Position numbers and translations under genes: made by a program. A stretch of 48,980 nt of DNA, the filler included, from Bipalium vagum (Eukaryota), in NCBI GenBank assembly GCA_037834085.1. It is 2 parts of 2 records of this genome, joined end to end, with 100 filler letters (N's around TTAATTAATTAA, not from the genome) between each part and the next. Parts side by side here need not be neighbours in the genome. Positions count along the whole stretch, not along the records: positions 1 to 23,913 come from JBBMKC010204932.1; 1 more part is not named here. One strand, written 5' to 3'. Of the stretch, positions 1 to 13,300 are shown one piece after another; the stretch's first letter is position 1, and each line of letters begins with the position of its first letter. The notes beneath the pieces were generated by a model. It saw nothing but the letters and a program-made list of their open reading frames with translations, did no database searches and had not been told where the DNA came from.

Positions 1-68
<68 letters not shown>
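1..68. repeat. (TAA)n microsatellite
   Basis: Perfect TAA tandem run from the window start. Confidence 0.97.
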
Positions 69-71
<3 letters not shown>

Positions 72-1005
72 TATAAATAAGGTAAAACACATTTCAGAAT
101 CACATCCACAAGTTACATAATTATCAATATTCTGTCCATTTTCGTAACCATGTTCAATTTTGATTTCAATTTCAAAGATTTGGATCAAAGGTCAGAAGGC
201 AAATCCATGCAGTTGTTATCCTGTTTACAAAAAAATTTACAATAAATATGATCGCTTAGAGTATTTTTAATGTATTTTGAAGTGCGGTTTCGAATTGTTC
301 AAAAGTATTATGACTTGATGAATATCATCACTTGTGGCACAATCCAGTACCTAAGCTTCCGACCATTAAAATAACAATTTTCATTCATTTCATTTAACAT
401 TCAAACATTTTAATACTTTCGATCACTTTTATGAACATCAAGTGTTTTCTGCGTATTACTTCCGGTGCTCTGTATAATACTTCGGAACAATAAGTGTAAT
501 GCCGTAACAAGTTCATTTCTGGAACACCTTTCATGAATTATAGTTTATTAGATCTCTTTATGTCCAAACAATGATATTCTTGAAATTTTGCCAATAGGCG
601 CTTAATTTTCTTTCGGCGCTCTCACAGGCTGACTATTGTCTTGTATGAATTGGAAAGCCTGATATCTTATTTTGTTATAATGATTGGCATGTTCCATGGT
701 TTTGGCAGTTATCTTCATTGGTTTCATGTTTACGTTGTCAGTAAGGTTTCCCAATAATTCAAATAAATTTGTATATTTGCCGAATAAGGTGGGAAATATG
801 GTATTAAGAAAAAAACTAAGAATAATACTTAATTTTAACCTCTGATCAAATTTCGTATCAGAGAAGAAGCCACCCAAAATCATTTTAATTCCAAAGAAAT
901 TCCTGATAATTTGAACCTTTGATAACGAAGCAGCATGTATTAAAGATTTTACGATCAACGTCGAATGTATGATAGCCGAAAATTCTCAGTAATCCGCGTC
1001 TATCA

Positions 1006-1530
1006 GTGGTTTGTGAACTGTCTCAAATTTGCAAAAGACCATATGCATTCGAAGAGAGAATGGAAAGATATCATTTTTCCGATGAAAAGAAATTTAACTT
1101 AGATGGTCCAGATTGTTATAGCCGTTATTGGCGTGATTTATCAGACAACAATATCAATGGATCAAAGTGTGATTTTGGTGGAAGTAGTCAAATGGTCTTA
1201 GGAGCACTTTCATCTCATGTTGTACTTCCTATATGCTTCTACTCGTATATCATCTTAAATGCATGTACAAATTCTGGAAGATGTTGTGGTAAATCATCTT
1301 GAAGAAAATGATTTGATAGTTTTCACCATTCAGCAAGACAATGCATCGATCAACGTTTACAAATTTTCTAAAGAATGGTTTTCACGCATGGAAATAGTTA
1401 TCAAGGAGTGGCTTTCATGCAGTCTAGATTGTAATTCGATGGGAAATCTTTGGGTGATTTTGACAGATAAAGTATATGCCCAAAAAAGACAATTTGTTCA
1501 TTTTATAAATTATCTTGTCCAAATCGTTAC
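1006..1530 (+). mobile_element. Degenerate Tc1/Tc3-like (DD34E) transposase fragment
   Basis: Frameshifted ORFs give FSDEKKFNLDGPD..YWRDL..FGGSSQMVLGALS and QQDNASI..EWLSCSLDCNSMGNLWVIL, matching the Tc1-family motifs FSDEKKFNLDGPD, QQDNAPIH and WP..SPDLNPIENLW. Confidence 0.85.
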
Positions 1531-1532
1531 TA

Positions 1533-2200
1533 TAAGGTTTTCCAGTATGAAATGACGTATTTTAACAGTAAATAAAATAAGTAATAAAAACTTGGCTATG
1601 TTCTTTTGAATGGAACCTTGATTCATGTGTTTGAACAGATGATAATCTGTTGGTGACAGGCTTGGGAAACAGGGTGGATGAGACAAAACCTCATACTGCA
1701 AGTCATGTAATTTTTGTAAAATCATTTTAGAAATAAGAAGTCTAGCATTATCATGAAGCAAAATTGGCCTCTTTCGATTTATCAAACCCGGCTGTTTTTC
1801 ACGAAGTTTTCTGTGCATGATTTCAATTTCTCGACAGTACGACTGTGCAAATTTTAATATATTAAGCCAGCTGATGTTGGGCTTAGGCATCTGTTTAGGC
1901 TGTTCATCAGAGTCTAACCATTGTACTGATCGTCGACGATTATCGTATTTAATCCACTTTTCGTCACATGTCACAATTCGGGATAAAAATGGATCAATAT
2001 AGTTTCGAATAAATAAGGAGCAGCAAATTTCTAATCTTGCATTTTGATGTTCTTTATTCAAACGGATAGAAATGGTAGATTTTGATGCATTCAGATCTTG
2101 GCCAAGTTTTCTCACTGTCTTGTGGGTGTTTCCTTCTACAGATGCTTTCAAATCGGCTTTACTTAAGCATGAAACTGGTCATTCACTGTCTTCATTTAAG
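1533..2200 (-). mobile_element. Mariner (DD34D) transposon relic, internally deleted
   Basis: ORF 1510-2151 has RIVTCDEKWIKYDN, LHDNAR and HPPCFPSLSPTDYHLF. A mariner-type TIR preceded by TA (ta|taaggttttccagtatgaaatgacgtatttt) lies at 1533-1563. Confidence 0.9.
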
Positions 2201-2801
2201 ATAATCATACCGAACAACCTAATACTCATAGATTTTCATTTCAAATTATGGTAGGATAACGAATTCGTATAAACACTGTATAACATACAGTTCCGTATCA
2301 AATTTTGTCAGTGTTTTCGGTTAAACCGTTTAAAACCAGTATTTTATTAAAAAAAATCAATGTTTGACTCAATAAAAATATATCAGTTAATCAAAATACG
2401 TCGAGATATGCTCTAATGAGGTTAATTTTGTTTCCAAAAAGCGTTCCAGCAATGACCCTATAAGGAACTAGTGATTGGTCTGGGAGCTTGTTTTTTTCCA
2501 AATTCTATTGAGATGAATCTATCATTGCTAATAATAATAATAATGTAACTCTTCATTGTTAATCTCTAATTTGTATCTCTTGAAATTATTTTATTGATGC
2601 TTATTTATCGATTTATAATTATTTTCGTAATCATTGTCCTTAATATTATTCAACCAGTTGCTTGTTTTTGCAAAATAGTCACAAGCAAATAGAAGTTGGT
2701 GACGTTACATTAGTAAAGTTTGACGTATTTTGAGTGCGACTCGAAATGTAGTGTCTAACTGATAACTGATCGTGAGACATTTTGTGATTACTGTCGAAAT
2801 A

Positions 2802-3265
2802 CAGGGTGCTATTTGAGGACTAAAATTGTTAAAATATATGATAATTTTTTTAGTGGTGCTAAAATTGATTTGCAATATTTATTGATAGAACATTAAATAA
2901 TTATTTTTTAATTTAGAAATGGAGGAGATAAATTTTGAATTAACATAAGAAATGAAAAGGCATGCAGTTATTGTTGCATTAGCAGCTGGACACGGTGAAT
3001 TAGAAATTTCCAAATTTCTTAATGCGTCCAGATCGTTTGTCAATAAAATTAGAAAGGAATGTTTGGCATCTAATCGAAATGTTTCCTCTATATCTAAAAG
3101 AAAAACACATTTCTCACGTTCAGACATTGTCAGAAATGTTTACTTTGTTCAAAAAGTCCAGAACGTTGTTCATGAAAGTCCAGAAAAATTAATGAGAGAA
3201 ATTGCCCATCGACTATCGGTTTCTGATTTAACAGTAAGACGAACGGTACACAATGTTTTAAAGAT
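2802..3265 (+). mobile_element. 5' part of an ITm transposon (maT/rosa-like): TIR plus HTH DNA-binding domain, truncated
   Basis: TA|CAGGGTG terminus at 2800-2808. ORF 2952-3293 has paired-HTH motifs (EISKFLNASRSFVNKI; MREIAHRLSVSDLTVRRTVH). No catalytic domain follows. Confidence 0.7.
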
Positions 3266-3904
3266 CAAGGTCCGCAAGGAGAGACCGATTTAGAATTATT
3301 GATCTAAAAAGGGAATCGACGTTCCTCATTAATCAAGCTGATCTACGAATGATCAGTCAACTGATCAGAATGGTATATAATTATATTATTATTATTTTGT
3401 TGTCAGAAAAGTAATAAAGAAGATTTGGTTTTATTTTGTCGGAAGAGTGAAAAGTTGTTGATATTATCCGGGGATTTTAAAATTGTAAATTCATATTTAT
3501 GCCCTCTATGGCACAGTAGCTCACGGCGGATCCTGTGCTGTTTAAGGGTTTCTGAGCGGACCGAATTGGGCTCAGCACACCACCCTAGAGGCCTGTCGTT
3601 ACAAGTGGTGAGAATATCTTGATTTTGTTTTTTTTTTAAATTAATTGATATTTAATCCTTAGTGACATTTAATTGATATTGGTATTTCATTATTTGATTT
3701 TAATTTAATTGACTATTATTCTTGGCGTTGATTTTCAGTGTGATTGATTGCAAACATTTTATTGATTATTTTGAAACTTGTTGTTATTTTTTGTATTGTT
3801 ATTTTAGCAATAAAGTGTTGTTCGTAGCTGCTTGACTCATTCATTTGCGTACACGTATTGACAAAAGTGAAGGGGTCAGTAAATTTTAACTAAGTGTTAC
3901 TACA
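3262..3904 (+). repeat. LTR-like / hairpin-rich dispersed repeat, copy A
   Basis: 3262-3380 aligns at roughly 78% (hand count) to the reverse complement of 48105-48222. Also has TATA-like GTATATAA at ~3373, AATAAA at ~3808 and an ...TTACTACA end at 3904. Confidence 0.55.
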
Positions 3905-6248
3905 AAGTTCATAGTAAATAATAGCGTAACAAAGTCATAAAGACCATCTGCCGAATATTCTTCGTAAGTCGTGTGCGTAATCTTTGTTAACATTGAATGC
4001 ATCGAATATACTTTCAATTGTGTCGTACTGTGACTGTACTTTGCCAATTTTCATGAGAATTCTCCCCTACTGGATTAAGATTAAAATATTCTAATCATTA
4101 GATAGCGCCACCCATCAATATTACATAAATTAAACAAACTCAACTTACAAATTCCTTTCTAAAATAAATAAATGGGGTTTTGTATGGTATGAAGTATATA
4201 CAAATTCTAAATAATTTTGAAATTTTTAACAAACTATTATCGAATAATTATCATATGAAATTAATTTGTTATATTTATCATTATATTTAAAAAATTCATT
4301 ATCAATTTGTTTCACATTGATTTTCTTTGTGATGTGAAATAGTAAATAAAAATAAAATGTCACAATTTTCTTAATAAAAGATATAACCATCGAGAAAACT
4401 GTTATTAACGAAATTGATTTCCAAATAAGACAGCACTACTTTCTAATATTCTATTGTCAAAAATAAAAAATTTCCTTTCAGAAAACTTTGTTTCCTGGTT
4501 CGTTTCAATGATTGAGATTAGGCTATTTGGGAAATCAGCTGTACAATTGCTTATCAATTCTGTTATCATTGTCATTATAATATATAAATATATATATCAC
4601 TTACAATAATTATTTAATCCAATAAAACAATATTCCCAATCTAAAATAGTTTCAGACTGACACACACCTTGTGCACGCAGCGTGTATTTGAATGAATACA
4701 ATACATTATTCATGAATGTCTGTGAGTGTGTGTTCCAGACTACATATATATCCAATACGTGTGCCGATAAATATACATGTTCATCAATAATAAATGACAC
4801 ACATCCATTCTTAATTGCATACATGCAAGAAGTGTATCGAATCCCATTGGTGGTTTGATGATGAATGGATTCCTGTTAATGACAATGACTTGTGCTCAAC
4901 ATTATACCATAATGGGAGAAGCATTGGATTCGATTAATTGGGATTAGTGAACAATGTCGTATCACTTGGAAATCTGCAAATCTCAGAAAAAAAAGAAAAC
5001 GCCTTCTATTTTTGTTAGTGATATTTACGTTTTTATATGACAATAGATTTAGGAAATTTTTATGAGGAATTAAACTTTCTTTTTCGGGTTAGTGGAAATT
5101 AAAATTTATTATTGAAATTAATGGAAAAAACCGATTTAATTTTCGATTATTTTATTATTGAATTAATTTTATAAATATCGATCTTATTTAAAAATTGTTA
5201 TTAAGATATTTTAATGTTTAATAATACGTTAATAATTATTAAGTTTAATAAATAATTTATTATTTAAAATTTATTATTTTGGTGACTAATAATAATAATA
5301 TAATATCCATATTAATTTAACAAAATTAAACTTAAAAAATGACAACTATTTAAAATATTAAAAAAATTTTGATTTTGAGATAAACAAATATGTGATGAAA
5401 ATAGAAAAAATTCTGCTAAGTATTCTTATTTATTTTATCGAAAAATAAATAAATAATATTTCTGAATTTCAACATGAGAGAATTATTTGGTTTTCGATTT
5501 AATTTTCAAAGTTTGCAAGAAAAAATTAATTCAACTCGGGATTTAATAAATTTTCATTCGATTTTCAATATTTACTTTCGGTTTTCATTTTTCAGCCCAA
5601 TATTTTTCAATTTTTAATTTTAAAATTATATTTCATTTATGTATTATGGAATATTTTATTAATAAAATATTTCTGGGTCTCATAAAATTTCGCTATTTCA
5701 ATTTTGTTGACATTTTCCAGTTTAGGTTGACATGGATCAAATTTTATTATTTTAGCAATAATAAATTTCCAGACGCAAAAATCCTTAAAAAATGATTTTT
5801 GCTTTATTTTCCCAAAATAATGGTAATGTTCACAATAAATGATCATTTGTGAGGAGGTAAGTCTTACAATTGTATACTGAGTCTTTTAAATACGTATAGG
5901 TATACCAAAATAAAAAAATCTATGATATTTGTTGATATAAAATTGATTGAATTAAATAACTAAAATCACGGAGAAATACAGAGTGCGCTTAAAAATGCCG
6001 AGACACATACAATGACGTAAAAGAAAAATCTGTTATTATTTATAGAGGAGTCCATAAAAAATGTTTTTAAAAAACAAAATATTTAGCTGCATGTATATCA
6101 TTATTATGCATTTTCGTGTTACTAATTACTTCTTTAAAAACGAAAATTTTTGTTGACCTCTCTTTATATGAATATATTGATCGATCAATAAAATAATATC
6201 TTTTAATAATGTATTGTATTATTTTATTTTAGTGACATAAATTCGCAA

Positions 6249-6440
6249 ATGTCTTTAGAAAATCTTCAATACCGTAACGTAATTAGGTTCTTATTTATGA
6301 TAGACAAGACAAAAGAAATTCGTTTGGACTTAAATCAGTACCCATGGTACAGCATTTTTAAAGATTGTAGGACATCGGTATTTAATGAAAATATATGTCA
6401 CGAAGGCATTCTGAGATCGATTCAAAAATAAATCTTGAAA
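6249..6440 (+). mobile_element. Mariner N-terminal relic
   Basis: QYRNVIRFLFM..WYSIFKDCRTSV resembles the mariner start motif EYRAVIKFL..W...FK.GRTS. Confidence 0.5.
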
Positions 6441-7385
6441 ATTTTTTCAAAATTTAAAGAGAGTAACAACCAGCGAATTGAGAGAGTGTCAAAGTGGCAG
6501 CAAAGGTACAATAATTACCAAACTTTTTCCAGTGGAGAAATGTGCAGAACCACCGTTATGAAAAATGCAATAAGAAGATGCAGTTTTTTGAACATTGGTG
6601 ATCCCTTTATGTTACTGAGTCGAAGAAAGAATGTTCTTAAATCGTAATTTCAACGGAAAATTGTGTTACAAAAATACAATCCTGGATGAAATTGGTTAAA
6701 CTCAAACACAAAAAGTACTCCAACAACTTAAGAGTAAAAATAAATAAAAAAAATATTTTGGTTGGATTTTACACTTGTTTCAAATATCTTCGTTTTAAAA
6801 GAAAATAAAATATCGATTCATTCATCTAAAGTAAACCGTTTCACTATATCATTATAATAATTCTTATATAAAATGTCACAATAAATGTCAGTTAACCTTC
6901 GAATGATGAAGAAAATTTGCTAAAAATCTACAAAACGTATTTTAACTACTAAGCCCGTGAGTTGAATCGATTCCAGTTACGACTCAGCAATCTGATCTAT
7001 ATAGTGATCCAATTTCTTATTGTAGATTTATTTCTTAATAACTTATGATCTGTAAGAAAATAATTATTTTGGTAAATTCTTAAAAATTATAATTTTCTGC
7101 CTTTGTTTATGAAATGTCCGATTACATGATAAATTTGAAAAAACAATGAAACAATTTTTATTCAATTAAAATTCAATTAGGTTCTAGGTCTGAACATGTG
7201 TAAGCTGCTGCAGACTTTCTATCCCTGAACAGTTGGCTTTTGCAAAGTCTTTTTGTATACACGTGGTCGTTTTCCCCGTTGATCATTTAATGTTGTTCAA
7301 TACACAATTTTGGTGCATTATTTCTAGATTGGATCAGTACTTGTCTGATGTGATAATCTCACCATGATCTAACAGTGAAAAATAT

Positions 7386-10300
7386 ATGACATCAGCCATG
7401 GATCTTCAGGTGGTAAGAATTTTTCTTTTAGGGAGCAGAATAGACTTCAAGCAAGAGTACGAGGATTACTATTATCGAAATATCAAAGATTTCAAAAACA
7501 AAGTAAACTGAAAAAAAGTTTACCTCATTTAAATTATAATTCTGATTCCATTTTGAGAAAGAATTGAGTATTTCTTTCAAAAGAAATTCTATGACTCCCT
7601 TTTAACTTTCTGAAGAATGTCTAATACTTTAAGGAAAAGAAATTACAAAACTACAAAATAATAAAAGTATTAATTACTATTATCTGTCTAAAAACTATCC
7701 AAATCTTGTCTGACTGCAGAAGAAAACGCCTTCATTTTGTTTGAGCAGATTTTTATTAATTAAGATATTAAAAATGATATTGTATGCATATTTCACTCAT
7801 AGTTTTGCCTTAGCTCACCATTCCCCTAGGCATCTAAAATTCTCTCAAAGACTATGAAAAACGGATTTCTCAAGCTATTGCCAAAGGTTTAATATCAATA
7901 AAACATTACAATTAACTAAATTAATATTAATAAACTACCAGCAAGAAACTTTTAATTGTTCCAGATTCTTAATAGCATTATTGTCTTCGGTAATTGAATG
8001 TTTTCAATATATCTTGTTATAATATTTTTGTGTGGTATAAAATAATTGACAATGTCAAGCCTAAAGGTTTAAGAGATGATTTTTTGGCAAGTTATGTGAA
8101 TATTGTAGGTTATTGCTTATATATATGGACTCTGTCAGAATACATAGAGGTGTCCGTCAAAATTCCTCACTGAAAGGATCGAGGTTACAGCATTTCGTCA
8201 GGTAAGATTGACATTTTGAGATGAAGAGATATTGGGTGTATTCTTTGGATCAAAACTATAACAAGGGTGAATTTGAAGTTATTTAATTAAAATTTATTTA
8301 TTTATCATTTTACCCAAGACAAAAGTGATAAGGTATTTCACAAAAAAAATATTTCCTTTGTTTTTTCATTTTATGAAAAATGCTATAATATATATCATTT
8401 TTTATAAATTAATCAAAATAAAAGTTGTGAAAAAAGTTATGATTTTATAAAATGAGATCCAAATAAGATTAAGCTATTATTTTAAAATAAAAATAAAAAT
8501 GATTATCAGAAAACATTAAAATCAATAAGAGAAGAATAAATGGAATATAAAATAATTTGTAAAAAAACGTAATTATTTTAATAAAATATTACGTTGTCCA
8601 GTATGAAATTGCGGATTTTCAATATTATTTTAAAAAAGTCAAAAACAACTTGTAAATAAATTTTATCAATTAAAATATTTCCCATCGCTTTTGACACATT
8701 GTTGCCATCAGGATAATAACTGTTTAATTCCTTTTTGGTAAAAATCCGAACTACTTTAAATTAATATGCTTACTTTTATATTTATATTAAAGTTTGAAAG
8801 TTACTCTTTAATTTGGTATATATAAACAAACAATTTATTGTTAACGTTTGTGATTAACTTTAATTTGAAAATTAATATAAAAAATCCGCAATTTCATACT
8901 GGACAACCTAATATTCAAAACAAAAAGATATTAAGTTTCGAATCATTGTAAATAAAATACTCCAGATCTCCCATAAAAGAAATAGTTCTTTAGATAGGAT
9001 TCATTTTTGATAAAATAATCTAAGTTAACTGTTTAATAGAAATTTTAGGATAGGAATCATTCATGAAATGACAAATTTCCAATGTTCAGATGTACCCCTT
9101 TGCTCAAAGTATAATTTCTGTAACAATCGTTATAGCTACTTCAAGAGTGGAGACACCAAGTGCAGCTTTCTTTCAATGCTATAGTAGAATAATCAAAAAA
9201 TAATGACATAATCTTTTTTGGGATTTATGAATATCCAAATATTGGGTTTGAGGGTATCCTTTGCATTTCAACTACTTTTAGATGCTTATGTTATAAATTT
9301 ATAGCAGCTTTTACAATTAGAAACATAAAATTATTAATTATGTAGGGTATCAGTGAAGTGAGCTTGGTCAGGCCCTGTATTTATGCTGAAAGTTTGATTG
9401 GACAAAATTCTTCTCAAAAAACTTGAGAGGAACAAATTAATTGGATATATTGAAAGCTCATTTTTGGCCACCTTGTAATCAATTAGGCTTTCTCAATCTT
9501 CATAATACAAAACGGCGATCATGCACATTGTTTTTAGCAGTTCGAGAATGCTTATGGCAAACTTTTCCTGAAAAGTGGAATAGCAGATTAGGAGCTATTG
9601 CTTGGCCACCAAAACTCAATATCTTACCACAATTGTGATGTGTGTATGAAAGCATATTAAACAGTTTGTTCATTCACAACCAATTCTTATTCCAAGATTT
9701 TAAACAAAGAATCATTTATGAATTTACCAAGATGTCAACAGAATTTTGTAAAAAGCGCATGCCTGGTAAAGAACCTGAAGGAGACCATTTTGAAAATAAA
9801 TAAATGTTGAGTATATGCCTCTGTTTTCATATAAAATATAATTTACATTGAAGGGTTCTATTGCTATTCACACCAAAAGTTGAAAAAATATATAATTGAC
9901 ATTGTATAATTAATCTGAAGTCAAAGACATTTTCGAAGTCAATCAATAATTTTATTTTCAGAAAATGAATTTTCATTATTTATTTTTATTATTTAATTTT
10001 TTTCTTTTAAAAATAATATTCAAAATTTATAATTTCCAAAATTATTAAATTAATTATTAATTATTTTATATTAATTATAAATTTATTTTATATTTTCATT
10101 TTTGACGACCTCACAAGAATTATTTGTAAAGTATAATATAATCTGAGATCCAATAATTCCGATAACGCGATAACTAATTATTCATTAAATCATTAAATTT
10201 ATAGATTAAAAGTTTATAAAATCAATTGATATAATAATTATATATTTATTGTCAACCAGCTTTTATGTGTTTTAAATTGACAGAATTTTTTATTCAGGTT

Positions 10301-13300
10301 AAACATTTTAAAAGATCATTTTCAGCCTTAAACATAAGCAACAGAAAGCCAAAATTGATCAATGTCGAATATAGTCATTCGGAGTCGGTAGAAATCCCAA
10401 AGATTATATATCTCCCCCCTAAAAACCAGGCGATTTATTCAGTGATAATACCCGAATGTGAACACTTCGGTCTGGAAAAGATGAGCAGCAATTCTTCCTT
10501 TCAATTATACTTACCCGGAATTGCTCTAGATGAAGATTACAAGCAGGGCAGAACTCCAGAAAAATATTTGACTGCTGGGGATTTGGATTGGAAAACTGTA
10601 AATCCAGTTGCATTAGTTAAGAGAAGAAATCAGACCAATTTATGTGATAAAGAAGCTACCCCAACAAAGTCGCTAACAGAAATAAAATTATTAAAAATGT
10701 GCGAAAGTGAAAAGTCTATTGAAAAGAAAACATTCGGGAAGAAATATATAAAGAGAAAACTAGCAAAACTATTTCGATCCAGTGGAAAAATTAACGAAAC
10801 CCACATTCAAGATGAAGAACATTGTTCCGCTTTCAACATTCAAAATGATGAACCGGAAGTAAATATCAACCAACAGAACGAAGCGTTGAGAAATTTATCT
10901 TTCACCACAGCAATTATGTCAGACGGAAAAAAGTCTAAGGAACGAAATCACGTCGATTATGTAAGATATTATTCTATTATATTCTGTAGTTTTTATTATT
11001 TACAAATAAAACCTTAAAAAATATTTTCATCAGAAAATCTTCTTTTAGATTATTTGAGAAATTGTATATTTTATTTTCGCGAAAAATATTTTGTTTGAGC
11101 TAAGCTAAAGAAGGAAATGAAAATTTTATTTATTCAATAATTTTCTTAAAACTTTTTTTTATTTATATTTTACACTAACAAAAATACAAAATCAATTTTT
11201 AATTTATATTTTGATGATCTTTTGCATCATTTACAAGGACCTTGAGATACTGAGCTGACGATTCAGATAATAATAATAATAATAATTTATTATTATTATG
11301 ATTAAATCTTTAATTCTCATCAACATTTCGTTATGTGGGGTTTGATTTGATAAATAATTGTTCAGAATGCTTGTAGGATATCAAAAATAAAGATTTCCTT
11401 TTCATATGATTAACTGATAACGTCTATTAATATGACAAAAAAGAAAAGGCAGAGAAAGGACGAGTGAAATGTTTTTTTATTAAGATTTATATGGTTCAGC
11501 TGCTGTAAAAATCAATATGTTATTAACATTTCTTATAATATAAGAAAAATTTATTTTTCATAATAATCAATATTTCTTCTTTACAATTTTATAGCAGATT
11601 TACATATTAAAATTTTTCAATTATTTTATAAAAATTAATTTATTTTAATAACTAATTTGATGATAAAATTATGTAACATTTCTGAAGAATTTTCTTTCTT
11701 TTCATATAAATTTTTTAATGATCATCAGATTTTATTGTGGCATGAGAAGAAATATAAATTATAAGTTGTTTTAAGTTTAAAAATCATGACTATGTCGAAT
11801 TTGACAGAGATATCATTTAAAATTCGGCTTGCGTATTGTATGCTTTCTTAAAATAAATATCGTTTTTAACAAATATTAACAGATATCATTGGTTAAATCT
11901 TTATTGATTATATAGAGGTTGTATAAATAATATACCAATTAAAAATGTCTATATATTCTAAAATAATGTTACCAAGAAAATTCAACGGAAACACTGCTTA
12001 ATTCACAAATTTATGTTGAATATTCTTGTCTGATCTGCAATGATTGGTCTGATTGATTTTAAAATGGAACAATGATGAGGGAATGATTTAGAAAATAAAG
12101 AATTGGAAATGTTACTAAATGAAAATTTATTTATGGTAATACAGTCTGAACTGGTATCTTCAGTAAGTATGATCAAAATAAATATTTCTTAGCATTTTAA
12201 AAAATGCGAGAATTAATATTTCTTTCTGTACAAAATTATGTACCTGGAAAAAATTTACTCTGACCATATTATAAAAATGTATTTCAAAGTATTTTTGCGG
12301 GAAAAATAAGAAATGTTAAGATGAATAATGAAATTTCTTCATTGATAGCATCTCCTTGATCAAAAATGTTCTATTTCTACAAACTTTCAATATGTTTTAG
12401 TTAAAAACAAAAACTTTCAGGACAATCTAATACATATAAGCAAACATTAATTCCTAGAGTAATGCTAGTTTAAAATTGAACTTTATAGACTTGAAAATAT
12501 TTTTTTCAACTTTTTCTTTTTTGTTTATAAACCTGCAGAAAAATCAAGTTAAATGATAAGTTATTGATTATTTTTGAATTACTGATTACTAAATCATAAA
12601 AAATGAAGCCCACTCTAATGACACTCCAACATCTTTGTCAAAAAGGTCATTGAAATATAAAAAAACTTGCTTTATAGATATTTCATCAAAATAGATACTA
12701 AAATTATTAGGATAGTTTTATAGAGATAATATCTGAAACAGTATTGGGAGGGCTCTTTAATTATTTTTTAAAAATTATTACTACTTTAAAAATTTCGCTT
12801 TTTATATTTCTTAATAACCTGAGCACAAATTTTTGATTTCATTTTCCAATGCTTCACCAACTTATCTTTCTAGTAGCCGCTAACATTACTGTTTTGAGGT
12901 CTATTGGGATTTCGTTGATCATTAATTACGAAATGTATGATGCCCTACGATCCCATTAAATATTAAAATTACTTTCTTCAAATAGATTGAGGTCTAAAAA
13001 AATATCGATTTAATCTAAGATGCTCTCTTGATTTCTATTTTAAGATATTTTCAAATTACATTTCAAAATTGGTGAATTATTATTATTTTTATTAATATTT
13101 AATATATTTTATTTAAGTTATGAAAAAAATCACATTTTCACTTTTCAAACTTTGACAGCATTTCTTGTTAAACTCATGTTTGACGTTTTACTATGTATTT
13201 TTAAACAGTTATGGTTATTGTTAATAATTTTCTGTAAATTAGATTTCACAGTTTTTTTCATTATTTATTTGAGATAATTAATAATATGAATACTAGGGTG

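Noticed and set aside
3540-3595. Hammerhead on the minus strand (stem followed by GAAAC)
   Set aside because: The CUGANGA core and NUH cleavage site are missing.
2747-3904. Single LTR bounded by TGTAGT...ACTACA enclosing the ITm fragment
   Set aside because: The flanks give no target-site duplication, and a 6-bp inverted match can arise by chance.
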